A DNA stretch of 64,000 nt from the human T2T-CHM13v2.0 reference genome, Homo sapiens (GCA_009914755.4 CP068257.2:6944001-7008000), one strand, 5' to 3'; counted from the stretch's first letter, positions 26,867 through 43,242 are shown. The notes: generated from the sequence alone by a model not told the origin. Program-made: numbers and translations.

Positions 26867-29800
26867 GTAGGGTGATTTTAATGATATTGACAGAAAAGAT
26901 ATTGGAACAATTCTATAAAATCAGAAGGTATATGTGTAGCTTTGGTGTGGATGGCAACTTTTTCTGTCTTCAGATAGAACTTCAGTGTAATATTGATTAT
27001 GTGTTTCAGCCATTATTTTTTAAATGCTGTTAAAGAAGAATGCCGTTTATTAAATTTGAAGGGATCTTATTTGGAATTTCAACTCAGCTGGGCCATAAAG
27101 ATGCAACTTATTGATAATAGTTTCTAATAGAAGGAACTTTAAAAATACTTTTAGTTCTGTGCTGCAGTAAATATAGAGCCTAAAATACAGTATAGTTTTG
27201 GGTATACAGTAACTAACATCTATTATTTCCTTCTAATATATTTATTTATTGATATTATTCATTGTATATATTTTTAACTGGATAAACATCAACATTTATG
27301 ACAGGAATTTTCCATGCTGGGGAATTTCTCATTTTGGTGTTTTTATTAATTGCTAACTCTTGTGGGATTCCTTTTTTCAAGTAGGACTTATTTCAGTAGT
27401 TTCATGGAAAAAATCTTAGAATTGTACTGTTGATTCTCAGTAAGTAAAGATAAATCTTCCTGTGTCTGCTTTACATCATGTACATTCTACCCTTTAAGAA
27501 TGAGTTCCATTTCTAAGTGAGATTTAAGTAAAACTGCATGGCAAAATGAGGATACTATAGGTACGAATTATTTATTGTTTTACAAATTTGCTACTTTCTG
27601 AAGTGTTTTTTAAAATTGCAAGATAAATAGTGGAGAAGTGTTAATTCACAATAGTAATTTGGAGTTTTAAGTTTCATGATTGAAATTGCTTCAAGTGAAG
27701 TTTTAAGTTTCATGATTTAAATGGATTAAAGTTTGGCTTTTTATAGGAATAATATCTTGATTTTAATCGTATAATTTTTAAACTGTAAGGCCAGGCTTTT
27801 AAGAAAATCATTTTTAATGTGAAAATTAGTCTCCTCTATATCAAACCCAGATATATTTTATTCTCTAAAGACAAGGTACACGAAAGGGAAAGTAGTTGTC
27901 AGATGGGATTTAGCTGTTTCTGCATGGCAAAGACGTGTGCAGTAAAACTAGGCCACTCTTTATATATGACTTTTTCTAAGTATTTTCTCCTTGACAGTTA
28001 TTTCTGCTCTACCATGAAAAGTTTTTCTTCTTAAACCAGTTGTTCTTTTTTCCAGTAAGTTTTGTTTTGTTTTGTTTTGAGTAGTTATATAATAATTATA
28101 TCATTCTGACTGAAAAGACTTTAGCAATGGAAATTTGAATCTCAAGTTTACTTTTGGTTGATATATTTACATTCTTTAAAGATACTGCTTCATATGTATT
28201 CCTGTTAAATTTTGCGTATCTCTCCTTCCTTGAAGACTTTTGTTTCAATTGAGAAACCAGGTTCAATACATTAGGACTCTCTTTCTGTAGACTTTATGTT
28301 CTGAAATATTGGGGAGGGGGGTGTATTTCCAGGCTTATTCCATCTTATATGAGCCATGTCCTAGTATTTTGTTGAGCTGCCTTTGAATTCCCAAATCCGA
28401 TGATAATCTTTCTATTTTTCTGCCCCTCTTGTTACTACTTCATCATTTGCTGCTAATCTTGTAAGCATTTTGTAGGCTGTGTTTTCCCTCCCTCCAGCTT
28501 TTTAGTTTTCCAATCTTGGTTTTAGTTATCTAGAAAACAGCCTTCACTTGATGATGAACCTGCTAATATAGTGCTGTTATTAGGGAGAGTATGAATTGAA
28601 TAGTACAAGATAGATCTTCCATTGGTGAGGCACTGGGACCATAACTTGCAGGAAATATTCTACAGTTAGCAGGAATGTGTATATACGTATATTAGAAATA
28701 CTGAAGTTCAGTATTCTGTTACATGAATTTCTTTGATATTAGGCATTTCCGTATTATACTTCTGTTTTTATTTACTGTTGTTTCTACATATTCTTCACAT
28801 CGGGGACCGGCTGTAAAATAAGCTGCATTTTCCTAGCTGTGATTGTGATGTAAGCAAGATTCTTTGGTTTCCAGTTATTCTTTTGTTAAAGTCACTGGCA
28901 TTTTCATATTTTGTTGAACATTACCAATTCTTTGGTCTTTACCAGTACAGTAAATACTAACCAAAGAAATGTAGATTTACCTTAAGTTCTGTTTCATGGT
29001 GGGCAAATTATTAAGTTGATTTTAATGATTTTCTATAATAGTATTATATGAGCTTTTCTAGGAATTCAATTCAAAATTAAACGAACATTTTAATAGGAAA
29101 CATCTGAAAGATCTAGTTTGTGATAGATAGTGATTGGATTATCAGATGTTATCTGGGGGTACAAGCTAGCCAACCAGTAGAACGGTGAGCCAGTGCTGTC
29201 TAATAGAAATATGATGCAGACCATATGTGTAATTTTAAATTTTCTAGTAGTTACACTTAAAAAAAAAGGTGAAATAAATTTTAATATATTTTATTTAACC
29301 TGGTATATTCAAAACAATATTTCAGCATTTAGTATAAAAATGAACAAGATGCTTTATACTTAAAACATCAGTTCTGGCTAGCTGCATTAGAAGTGCTCTG
29401 TGGTCACATATGATGGTGGCTGCCTTATTGCAAGATGCAAGACAAAACATTTTGAGAAATACAAAAACAGCAGTTCCAGAATTATTGGTGAAATTAAAAT
29501 ACCAAAAGAATTCAAGTTCGACAAACTAAGACTGTGGCTGTGCTTTCACAATTTTTAAGGACTGAAGTAGAAATATTCTTTTTCTGTTGTTCATGGAACA
29601 CATTTTAATGCAGATAATTGCTAAACCATTTGTTGCAACAACAAATCATTCACATCTTCAAGTATATTCAGTTTTAAATATATAATCCAAATAACCCAAT
29701 ATTAGAGATTTTCTGAAGGTGAGATGTTAAGACACAGAAAATGGAATTTATATCTCAGGTATTGGACATCCATTATGAAATATCAAATCATATAGAATTA

Positions 29801-30221
29801 TTTTCCTTTAAGGAGGTTAGTAATTAAAAGTTTAGTTTTTTGTATTTTTCCTTTCATATGGAATATTTCAGGTGCTATTTAGTTAGAAATATGATGCTTA
29901 TTTTCTTTATGACATGTTTGAGATATATCTCAAATGTATGATTTAGAACCTAACTGACTGCAGGAATAGTAACACATTTTTCTGATGGCTGTGAATAGAA
30001 TAAGATTCCTTTTGTTTTTTGTTTTTTTGCCTATTACAATAGATGCAGGATTTCACAAAGAAGAGGAAAAATTAGACATGATAAGGTAGAAGTAACAGAC
30101 AGCAAATTTGATATTGTTTCATACAAATTGTCCTAATGACCTAGTTGTATTTTCTCATCTTTTATTGAAGTTATATATTCATAAATAATTTAGTATTTCA
30201 TTTTTCAGCATTTAAAAATAT

Positions 30222-30357
30222 TTTTTATTTTTTTATAGAGATGGGGGTCTTGCTGTGTAGACCAGGCTGGTTACAAAGTCCTGGCCTCAAGTGATCCTCT
30301 AATCTCGGGTCTCCCAGAGTGCTGGGATTACAGGTGTGAGCCCCACAGCGCCTGGCC
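30222..30357 (-). mobile_element. Left-arm-only Alu fragment (FLAM-like), antisense
   Basis: tttttatagagatgggggtcttgctgtgtagaccaggctggttacaaagtcctggcctcaagtgatcctct..cccagagtgctgggattacaggtgtgagccccacagcgcctggcc. Confidence 0.75.
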
Positions 30358-30939
30358 CATTTTCAACATTTCTATAGGTATATGTGCTTTGCGACTTGGG
30401 TTTAAGAAAGTGGTTATTGACACTGACACATATTGTAATCAACTCAGTAGATTTTAGAACATCAAGCTAATGACCCTACCCTAGACCAATTAAAATGCAC
30501 TTCTAGGATCATCTTTAACTGTAACCCTGAAAGTGGAGTCCTGAACTAGAGAAATGTGCTACTTGTCTTACTGATTTTTAAAAATGCATTAAAATTAATA
30601 CTATAAGGAATGCTCTTTAAAAATGTTGGAAAATAAAGTGGAAATTTTAAATTTGTCATATTAAATCATAACATTTGTTTTTATTTCTGTCTTCAGTCCA
30701 TTTCTCTCATTGCACAATTGTATTCCCATTCTAATTAGGAAATTCTGAGATAATAATCTTAGGTCTTCTTGTATGATTTACCCTGTATGTATCATCACGT
30801 CTTATAGAAAGATATTGAATGTAATCACACTACTATGATCTACTTCAGACACCCTCATGTTCTAATTGCTTTCATGGTGGTATTGAAAGTTTTTATTAAG
30901 CATTTTATGAAACGTATTATTTGCAGTAGATATTTATTT

Positions 30940-31240
30940 TACTTTTATTTATTTCTTTGAGATTGAGTCTTGCTCTGTCACCCAGGCTGGAGTTGTGGCA
31001 CGACCTCGCTCACTGCAGCCTCTGCCTGCCTGGCTCAAGCAGTTCTCCTGTCTCAGCTTCCTGAGTAGCGGGGACTACAGGCACACGTCAACACACCTGG
31101 CTAATTTTTTTTATATTTTTAGTAGAGATGGTGTTTCGCCATATTGGTTAGGCTGGTCTCGAAATCCTGACCTCAGGTGATCCACCTGCCTTGTCTTCCC
31201 TAAGTGCTGGGATTACAGGGGTGAGCCACCACGCCCAGCC
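30940..31240 (-). mobile_element. Alu SINE, antisense
   Basis: T-rich, then gagattgagtcttgctctgtcacccaggctggagt...ctaagtgctgggattacaggggtgagccaccacgcccagcc. Confidence 0.9.
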
Positions 31241-33243
31241 TGCAGTAAATATTTCAAGAAAATTTCATAAATGGAAACATAGGTACTGTATTTTGATATC
31301 TCTTGGACAAATTATTAGAAGTTTACTTTATATAAGAAGAGTACTTTCAGTTTTAAAAGTAGCCAGAGAACCATAGTGTTAAACCTAAAAAATACCTACC
31401 CCTTTGGAACACCAAGCTAACAACACAGCAGATTAGAAGTACCAGACTTTGCTTTTAGTTCACTTGTGCTTGTTGTGGTATTTTTGGAGACATTACTGTT
31501 GCTAGCACTACCTAATTTGTATTGTGAAATTATTGAAGGCTAAAGCTGATAATAGCTGTTCCTGTAGTTATCAAAACAGGATTGGGTCTAATTTCTTGTT
31601 CTACTTGATATTGAACTCAATTTTATATATGAGACTTCTTTTAAGAATTCCCAAAAGAGTGAAGTGTTTGCTGCTGTAACTCCAGTGTATACAAGTGATT
31701 GTATTTACCAAAAAGACAAACTGTAAATTCTTTTGTTTCTTTTACCAGTTATCTTCCTTTCTGCCTTCTGTCTTCATTGCTTTCACTTTTCCTAAATTAG
31801 ACTTACTGTTTATAAGCAACCTTGGTTTTACATAGTATGTTGGAAGAGTGTGGGGCCGGGGTTGATTTAAGATTTGGAGGTGTAAAGTTTGCCTTTGAGA
31901 CATCAAACCTTCTATGGCTGCTTTTAAAACTGATAGTACTCTTGGGCTGTAAGAATGACTTTGATCGTATTTAACAATCAGCAATAGAATTTGACTTTTA
32001 ATAGAAAGTTGCTTCTAAATAGACTATCCTCCACTTGTCATTATTGTTCTCATTTCCCCATCCCACAGTCCTTGTATAATTTACTAGCTTGGACAGTTTA
32101 CCTGAGAAATTGGCCTCAAAGCAGAAAGAAACTTAATGCTAATATTAAACTATTTTTGGGTTAAATTATTTTTCTTGGGTTCAAATTCAGTCCCTGCCAG
32201 GTAGTGTTTTTTTAGTTTCTGTAGTATTTGATAGCAAGTTGATTCTATTTACAACTTAATAATGATTACATTAGGAACTATTTTGCTTTTAATTCAGTTT
32301 GTAGATTAAGGAGGCATTATATAGATTTTTTAGTAATTTTTAGTAACTTTTTTTTAAGTGAAGAAATTCAAGATTCTAGGTTATTACTGGTGGAGGCATT
32401 AGTGTGTTTCATATCATAGCTCATTGTTTATTGATGAATTCATACACACATGCAAAAAAAGATAATAGATGCTCAGCAGAAAAAAAGTTCAGTAAGTGCT
32501 GAACAGGGTGCTTAACGTAGCAGTGGACAGAAAGGGGCATGATCTTTAATTACTGTGTAAAAAGTGCTGCAACTGGATTGTAGGAGAAGAGCCCATACAT
32601 TACAGGGGCAGGTAACCTTTTCTGAATGGTTTGTGTAAATTCTTGATCAAAGCTAAGATCTGAAGGATAATTTAAACTTTGATAATTATAGCTATATTTT
32701 AGTTTTAAGGCCTAAGGAATATACTAGATAATTTGTCAGAATATCTAAGTATAATGATAATTTTTCTTCAGAACTATAAAATTACACAAAGTCTGTCTTT
32801 TCAAAGTGAGATAAAATTTTGGCATCAAAGCTAACTTTTAAATTATGATGAATAATACATAATTACCAGAAAATTCTTATTTCTGAAATAAAATTATTCA
32901 ACATTATTTTTATCTTAGAGTATGACTTTCTGTCTCATATTTTTTAGAACTGTCTACTGCCAACATAATATTAAACTATTGACTAAAAGAATTTAAGATG
33001 TATGTTAGCCAAATCTCAGAGAAAAACCAATGGAAATATTGAGAGAAGTAATTTAGGTATCTCTTGCCCCACTGCCTACCACTAAATAAAATTACAAACA
33101 ATAAAACGTCCTAGGTGGTGATGCAATGAGAGGCACTAATGGTGTGGTAAGAGAGATGATGGTTCACTGGGAGCACTAAGGAAAGGTCTCCTGATGAGAA
33201 AATACGTAAGGCCATACCTGAAGGGTTAGAAAACGCCAGACAT

Positions 33244-33537
33244 GGCTGGCCGTGGTGGATCACATCTGTAATCCCAGCACTTTGGGATGCCAAGCCTGGT
33301 GGATCACAAGGTCAGGTGTTTGAGACCAGCCTGACCAACATGTTATTGCTCCTAAAATACAAAAATTAGCTGGGCCTGGTGGTGCATGCCTGTAATCCCA
33401 GCTACTCAGGAGGCTTGAGGCAGGAGAATTGCTTGAACCTGGGAGGTAGAGGTTGCAGTGAGCCAAGATCACACCACCACACTCTAGCCTGGGTGACAGA
33501 GTGAGACTCCATCTCAAAAAATAAAGAAAGAAAGAAA
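33244..33537 (+). mobile_element. Alu SINE, sense
   Basis: ggctggccgtggtggatcacatctgtaatcccagcactttgggatgccaag...ctagcctgggtgacagagtgagactccatctcaaaaaataaagaaagaaagaaaa. Confidence 0.9.
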
Positions 33538-33539
33538 AT

Positions 33540-34720
33540 GCCAGACTTTTATTGAAGGGCCAGAATGGTATAGTGAAGTGTTCTGAGTCAGCTGGGCTCT
33601 GATTGATACAGAGCTTGGCATGTTTGAAGGACAGCAAGGAAGCCAGAATAGCTGGAGCATAGCAGCAGGGAGACAAGTGCCACAAGATGAGTTGGAGAAA
33701 GGCACTGGGAAAGGTTTGTATTTTAAGTGCTCTGAGAAGCAATTGAAGGTTTGAAATAGAATAGTGACTTGCTTGATCACATTTGTACTTTTGAAAAGTT
33801 CCTCTGGCTGCTGTGGGGAAAGGTTTGAGTAGATGCAGGGTGGGAGAAGCATAACCAGCAGTAGACTCTTGTAGCAGGTTAGTTGAGAGATGGTGGTGGC
33901 CACGAGTGTGCTACTAATGGTGGAAGTGACAAGAAGTAGAAGGATTGGAGACAAAACTTGAAGATAAAAAGTCTTGAATTTGCTGATGATTTGCATTGAT
34001 GAAGTGTTGGGGGAGAGGACTGAAGGAGCAGAGGAGAGTGACAAGGGACTGGATGCCATTTATAAGGATGGGGAAGACTGGGATGAAAGCGGTTAAGGGA
34101 GAAATTTTAAACATGGCAAACTTAAGAGGGGTTTTGTGTGAGAAAATGGAAATGCTAAGAAGGAAGTTGAAAATCCTTCTAATTTGGAGATCTTTGATTA
34201 AAACCAGAAATAAGAATGTGGGAAGCATCAACTTCCAAGATGCCCTCATTGTAGATAATATCATTTAGGATCTAGGCTCAAGCCCTGGGAAACTCCAGGG
34301 CTTTGGAAGTCAAATAGAGGAAGAACACGTACAGGAGGTGAAGAAAGATTAGCGAAGAAGTCAGTGAAATATCCACAGGTGGACTGCTGCCAAATCCAGC
34401 AGAACAGTATGCCAGATGTCAGGAGCATGAGTAAAATGAGAAAAGAGAAATGGCTTTTGACAACACCTCCCTACTAATAGTAGGGAAGAAGACATAGGTA
34501 CAGATTCAAGTTGATTGGAAATTATGAAAGTGAGGTAATTGACCTGCAGTGGTTGCTGCTCAGTGAAATCAGCATAGTGATTACCTGAGCTAGGTTAGAG
34601 ATTTGATGGGTAAGAAAGAACACCTGAGGGTAATCCTGGAGGGAGAAAAATAAAGTGTTTGCTGGAGAGAATGAGTTGGATTGCTGGACTTCAATGTGTG
34701 CGGGTTGAGTTTGTGACTTA
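33540..34720. repeat. Degenerate ancient interspersed repeat (MIR-associated family); long - strand ORFs here are spurious
   Basis: Purine-rich, low-complexity sequence (e.g. ggaagtgacaagaagtagaaggattggagac...ggagagtgacaagggactggatgcc...gcagtggttgctgctcagtgaaatc) resembling an old mammalian repeat consensus. ORFs 33260..33742, 33514..34059 and 33914..34264 on the - strand have no recognisable domains. Confidence 0.35.
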
Positions 34721-36903
34721 AAAATGAAACCAGTCTATTGCTTGTGTGGCTTTTCTCAAAATACTGTTATTCCATTACCTATCTCTTACCCCAAGAGTAG
34801 TCACATTCTTATTTCTGGTTATTTTAATTCCTGGTGTTATTTTTATGTGATTAATGAGATAGTACTTGTTAATTTGATGATATTCTAGAAACCTGGTAAG
34901 TACTATGTACCTTAAGTTTTGGTTACTTGATTGGTAAAATTATGCATGCACCATTGAATTACCTAATTCAAAATATATTCTTTTATTGTTTGACATTTGT
35001 CTTGTTTTTCTTTAAAATGTTATCTTTGTGGAGTAAACATTTTTCTTTATGCTGTTTAGCATCTTCAGATTAGTTCAGGGTATTGCTGAATGTGGTTGTT
35101 CAGAAGTAAAATGCTTTAGTTTTAGTTATATAGATTTTAATAAGATAGTACTTTCTACATAATTTATCAGGCACTTTAGGCATTTTAATTTGCAAATTTA
35201 GGACAATTTGCTTTAACGTTTCTTCACTTTTGTCCATTGGATGTAATTTCCATAAAGTATTCATTTCCCTAAGTAAAAACCGAAACCAAACCGACAACTA
35301 ATGGTCACTGAAGAAAGAGTGATTAAATGCTAAGATTATAATGGTATTTGCATTTTAATGTTACCAGCTATATACAGTTAAAAGTGTATGCATTTATCGA
35401 TTGCTTATGTTTCTCATTGCATTCTTTGGCCTACTGGTTTTTGTTGTTTATAGCTATAGAATATAGAATTCCTTATGGTTATCCATTTCTCCTTTTAAGT
35501 AGAGTGATAGTTGTTAGAAGAAAAATAACCCCCCAATACTTTCTTCTAGTGTTAATTCTTAAAGTGTGATTGACGTTTATTTACTTTTTGGTGCAGTAAT
35601 TGCAGTTCATGAGTCAATGTTGATGTCATATAAACCTTAATTTTTAATGTTTCATTGTAGTGATGTCTCTGTAGCAGCAAACATTTAAGTTATTTGTTAT
35701 AGTTAAATGTTTAAATCACTGTTAGTGATTAGCTTATTTTGCCTTCCTTGAAGCAATTTGTCCTAAATTTCCATACGTTTGCATTTGTTTTTGCTGTCCT
35801 AAAATTCCTTAGTTGCTGGCTTTGACCTTTTATGTTGCTGAGTTTTACACATCTATTTTCTCAACTGCCATATCTTAGGAGGCTTGGAGTACCCATAATA
35901 CAGTGAGCCCACCCTCCTGGTCCCCAGACATTTCAGGAGGTCAGGAAATTTTTAAACCCAGGCAGCTTCCTGGCAGTGCAATTTGGAGCATCAAAGTGGT
36001 ACATAAAATTACATTTACATTCATATATCATTTCTGTCTGATTTGTTTTGCCCTACTGGATGTTAAGAATTAAATCTTTCTTTTCTAGATTGAGTTTCCA
36101 GAAACACTTTTTAAATCTAAAAATTTTAATGTAAAGAAATAATATGCTTGCATTTAAAAATCAAGTATACATTTTTAATACCTCTTTTATGGTTAATTCC
36201 TTTTGTTGTGATTACTACTGGTTTTATGAGGGAGAAGTCCTTGACATGTAGACCAAAAGGTAATTAAGGATCTTTTCATTCATGATATCATAAAACTTTG
36301 TTGCTTAGAAAAAAGCAAAAGAAAAAACTCCATTAATTTATTATGTTCTCATGGAGAAGAAATACCAAAATTGTGGCAGATTTCATTGTCTGTTTAATAC
36401 CTTAAAATCACAAGGCTTTTTCCCCCATGACATTGGTTGATGGCTCTGCCAGTCCTTGAAGTGAGTTAAGTAGTGTGATACATTTTGAAGAGAAAAAAAT
36501 TACTTTGAAAAAGTATTAACTCAAAAGTTAAAAAACTTCATTGACTGGAGATGACAGTTTTTCTTCATATTCTATATTTAATATTCTGGAATATGGCTGT
36601 TTAATTTAGACTAATGAAGGATTTTAAGGAATTCTAGATTATACTATATTTTCTTTCATGACTGGAAGAACTATTTTTTTAACCTCCCTACCTCCCCCTG
36701 ATATCATCTAAGATATTGAAGTATAAATATGCCTCATTTGACAGTTTGATAATATAGACCACCAGTTTTTACTTAATTTTTTTCTGGGTCAGAATTTCAT
36801 GTTGGAGAAAATAAATTGAGAGACTACTGTAGTCTTGATTTTTAATCACTGACTTAATTTTTCAAAAATCTTTTATACCAATTTAATAACACAAAACAAA
36901 CTC

Positions 36904-37208
36904 GGCTGGGCGCAGTGGCTCATTCCTGTAATCCCAGCACTTTGGGAGGCTGAGGGGGCAGATCACTTGAGGTCAGGAGTTCGAGGCCAACCTGGCCAAC
37001 ATGGTGAAACCCTGTCTCTACTAAAAATACAAAGAAATTTAGCCGCGCGTGGTGTCATGTGCCTGTAATCACAGCTGCTAGGGAAGCTGAGCAGGAGAAT
37101 TGTTTGAACCCAGGAGACGGAGGTTGCAGTGAACCAAGATCGCACCATCGCACTCCAGCCTGGGCAAAGAAGTGAGACTCCGTCTCAAAAACAAACAAAA
37201 AACCCAAA
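36904..37208 (+). mobile_element. Alu SINE, sense
   Basis: ggctgggcgcagtggctcattcctgtaatcccagcactttgggaggctgagggggcagatcacttgaggtcaggagttcgagg...gcactccagcctgggcaaagaagtgagactccgtctcaaaaacaaacaaaaaac. Confidence 0.9.
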
Positions 37209-37836
37209 AAACTAACCTGACCCCATCCATCCGTTGTGCAAAGAACCTGATGCACTTCTCTAAAGGGATCTCAAGGAGAGCAGGGTAAGAGAAGACAGGA
37301 GTGGCAGTTTGAAACTGGGAGCTGGCTGTATTTATTACATCCAAAGGGAGAAAAGCCATTCCTCCCGTTCCTTTTGTTCATGTGTATCTATTTTATGTTT
37401 ACAGTATCACCATAAATTTTTCACTTGGAAACCATTCTGCTAAATAGGGAATAAGTTCATTTCAAACTATGATAAGGGACATCAGTTGAAGATATGACAT
37501 ATTATTTAACTTATCATGAGGGAAACATCTAAGTATTTTCCTGAGCATCTGGATAATTTTAAATATACATAATTCTTCTACTTAGGTAGGTGCCAGGTTT
37601 CTTCAAGGAGTAATTAATTAGTACAAACAAGGGTGAGGGGGCAGGGAACACCATACTCTGGTACTTAATGTCTGAAATTATCAGGGAATTTAACACATTT
37701 TCCCATAGATTTATTTCTTGTGTAAGAAGTCAGATAAATTATTTCCATTTCAAGTATTTATTATTCAGATTATTTAAAGCAAAGCTTTCACAAAGCCTTT
37801 TGTCAGCTTTCCTGTAATCCTCAAATAATTTTTCCT

Positions 37837-38013
37837 GGCTGGATGCTTTGGCTTACTCCCATAATCCTGGCACTTTGGGAGGCAGAAGCAGGAGGATCAC
37901 TTGAGCCCAAGAGTTCTAGGCTGCAGTGAGCTGTGATCACACCACTGCAGTCCAACCTGAGTGACAGATCAAGTTCTTGTCTCAAAAATAAAAGTAATAA
38001 CAATAATAATAAA
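37837..38013 (+). mobile_element. Internally deleted Alu, sense
   Basis: ggctggatgctttggcttactcccataatcctggcactttgggaggcagaagcaggaggatcacttgagcccaagagttctaggctgcagtgagctgtgatcacaccactgcagtccaacctgagtgacagatcaagttcttgtctcaaaaataaaagtaataacaataat. Confidence 0.8.
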
Positions 38014-39787
38014 TTTTCCTCTAAATACAATGGTGAATGAGGTAGAAATGTTGAGTTCATAAGAGAACTGTTGAATAGTGAAGGAAACTGACTTAATTTT
38101 AATGACAGGAAGAATACTGTCACACACTAGCAAAAATGAACTTTCATGCTGATGTAGCAGTACAGAATATGCTTCCAACCCAGGGACGCTGGAGCCAGGC
38201 TTGCTAGCTAAGTGACCTTGGACAAGTTACTTAACTATTTTATTCCTCAGCACACTCATCTCAAATGAGGATAATAAAACCTACTATATGGGATGGATGA
38301 GAGTAAAAAATACTTAGATTAGTACATAGTAAGTACTCAATAGATGTTAGCTATTACTGTAATCAATGCAAGACCAGTTAATGAGAGAGTTTTTCCTTAT
38401 CCTTACTCTATATTGAATACGATTTGTTGCACTTCGAAATATCTGGATCAGGCTACAGTTGTTGTCGTCACCGAGAATGTAGGAGTGGGAAAGAGAAAAA
38501 TCATGCAAAGGCTTGCTGATAGCGTTCACATTGACAGGCCTAAAGTATGATTCTAAGGTTGTAAGCATTTTATATTTAGATTTTTAAGTTGTGGAGTATA
38601 CTTTTAAAGATAAAAATAATAAGCCAGGTCTTTTACTACTTATCTAAAGAAGTGTTTGTATAACATTTAATAAAATGTTTTATCTCAGTGGCATTTGGAT
38701 TTAAAAATTATTTTGGGCTGTTACAGAATGTTGACTTTTCCTAATCTGTTACATAGGGCCATGGGTCTGGATTTCCAAGAAAGCGGAGACCTTGAGGTGC
38801 AGGACTGTCGGGGCGAGGTGGCCGAGGCAGGTCAAAGCTGAAAAGTGGAATCGGAGCTGTTGTATTGCCTGGGGTGAGGCTTGCTTCATGTATATTTTCT
38901 CTAATCTAAATGTCAGTTAATGATGAAAGTCTCATAGCAAGTTAATTTGATCTTATGAGTCATATAAATAGGTCAAAATGTTTATTTTACTGTCCTACTT
39001 TTCTTTTTTTTTGAGCCTCTGGTTACATTTTCTTGTATATTTACTTTCTCATCCTTTCTCTTTTCTTACCTTCCTCTTTGACTCCTTATCTTTCTATGCC
39101 AACCCTCTCTAAAAAGTCATTATGTAATATAGTAGCTCTTTTATTTAAAAAATTTTAAGATTGATAGATATTTGCTTACTATCATGTTATGAAGCTTTAT
39201 TTGTATGTGTATTACAAATACATTTGCTAACTACTAGCAAATATTTTATGTAATAACTTCGCTATTTTATTAAAATCCTGTTTTTAAAATTCTGAAATGT
39301 CATTTTAAGTATAGGAGACAGGTGAAATTGTTCAAGTTTACTACTAAACGAGGAATAAGGAAGCTTAGATTCTCGTCCTTTTTTCAAAAAGAAAAATTTT
39401 AAAACCAGGCTTATTGAGGTATAGTTGACATAAGCTATATTTGACTTGACATGTACAATTCCATCAGCTTTGATATATATATATACACCCTTGAAAACGA
39501 TACCACAATCATGACAGTGAATATATTCATCTCCCAACGTTTCTTCATGTCCCTCTGTAATTTTCTGCATTCCCCCTGCCATCCGTCCTTGTCCCCAAGA
39601 TTAGTTTGCATTTTCTAGAGTTGTATATAAGTGGAATCATACAGAACTGTATGCTTTTTGGACTGATTTATTTCAGCACAATTATTTGGAGATTCATCTA
39701 TGCTGTTGTATTTGTTAACGGTGTACTCCCTTTTCTTGCTGTGTATTAATTAAACTGTGGATGCACAACAGTTGTAGACCTGTGCAC

Positions 39788-40091
<304 letters not shown>

Positions 40092-40282
40092 TAATGTCTT
40101 CATCTGGTTTTGGTATCAGCATAACTCCAGCTTCATAGAATGAATCAGAAAGTATATTCTCCTCTTCAGTTTTCTGAAAAAGTTGTGTAGTAGTGGAAAT
40201 GTATCTTCTTATATTATACATGAATTTATTAGTGAAACCATCTTGGCCTGAAATTTTCTTTGTGGGGGGTTTTTGTTGTGTT

Positions 40283-40835
<553 letters not shown>

Positions 40836-42513
40836 CTGTGGGACAGTTTTTAACAAAAAATTTTATTTCTTTAATAGGTACCTATTTAGGTTATCTGTCT
40901 CTCCTTTCATAAATTTGCATCTTTCAAGAAATTTGTTCATTTCATCTATCTTGACAAATTAAAGGAATGGAGTTGACCATAATGTTTCTTATTATTTTAG
41001 TACCTGTAGAATCTGTAGTGATTTCACCTTCCTCATTCTTGATACTAATAATTTGTATCTTGTCTTATTTTTTTCCTGATCAGTCTGGCTAGAGATTTAT
41101 CAATCTTATTGATCTTCTTGAGTCAGCCTTTGTTTTCATGGACTTTTCTCTATTTTCTTTCCCCTTTCTGTTTTATTGATTTATATTCTCATCTTTATTT
41201 CTTCCTATCTTCTCACTTTGAGTTTAATTTGATCTTCTTTTTTTGTTTACTCTTACGTGTCCCTGCTTGGAAGGGACACTTGTGAAGTTTAGGTCAGAGC
41301 TTTCTATTCTCCTTGGCTTATATCTGTCGTCTAGGAAAATGATATTTCTATCACCTTCTGGATAAATCACACTATTATCTATGCAGGCAACAATAGCACA
41401 TATTTTCTCAAAGACTACCTTTGCCCTCAAGTTAGGTTTTATTTTTCTAGCAGTCTAAAGGTCATGAAATCAATTATAAAATAAAAACAGTGGGTCTTCA
41501 AGCTAGATGATACTGTTTTCTTTCTTGCATGGACAATTATTTTAAAATGTTTTGGTTTTTCTGCACTTATTATTTAAATATGACTCCCCACCCCCACTTG
41601 AATCTAGGGACATTGTAGTTTTCTACTGCAGACTTTATTTCCAGTTTATACTGGGAATATATTGTTTATATCATTTTCAGTGAAAGCATTCACTGGTTAA
41701 ATTTCCTTTTAAAAATAATAATGGATCTTTACAATTTCTTTGAGCTGCTCAGTGTGTATAATGTGTTGAATTTTCTGTAAGTGGTTGGGAGGTAGAAATA
41801 GATACTTTATCTCTATTTTAGCCATTTCCAAAATTATATAACTCAATAGTCTTGTCAATGCATCATTAGTCCTATGACTGAATTAATGATTACTTTTAGT
41901 AGTCACTTAATTTCTTACTGATGATGATGATTCTACTTCTGTGAATCATCTTGGATGATTCTCTAAAATCTTAGAAAGCTGATTTTGTTAATGCTATGCA
42001 TATAACACATTAATACATTTTCTCTATTAAAAGAATTAAAGCGTTATAGGTAGATCAGAATTTACCATTACTAACTCCTCAGTCCTCCTTATTTCCCTGT
42101 TACCAGTTTGGTATATTTATATATTAGGTTGATCCATATGAAATTGCCAATATTATTTCTGAACTGATGAAAAGCAGCAATTTCTTATGAGTCAACCTAT
42201 TATATGTGCCCATAGACTACATATAATGAATTTGCATGTTTTTATATTATAGTGCTATACCTCAAATACTGTTCTGCAATTTATTTTTTCACTCAACAGT
42301 GTCTTTTGATAATTTCTTTCATGGCAATCTATACAAGTTTCTACCTCCCTACTTTTAAAATGTTTCGTACTTTCCTAATGTTTGGATTTGTCATTGCTTT
42401 ACTTACTCCCTAATGATTAATATTGGCATTATTAACACTTGTAGTCATTAGGGTTCATATGACTATAAATTGCTCTTATAAAGCATTAGTACTATCCATT
42501 GAAACTGCTTTTA

Positions 42514-42876
<363 letters not shown>

Positions 42877-42906
42877 CTATTTAGTTAACCAACCAAACTT
42901 CCTTCC

Positions 42907-43242
<336 letters not shown>

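Noticed and set aside
33260-34264. Three long - strand ORFs (160, 181 and 116 aa) clustered at 33.2-34.3 kb
   Set aside because: They overlap an Alu and a degenerate purine-rich ancient repeat. The peptides are low-complexity Ser/Leu/Pro-rich with no recognisable domains and no splice signals.
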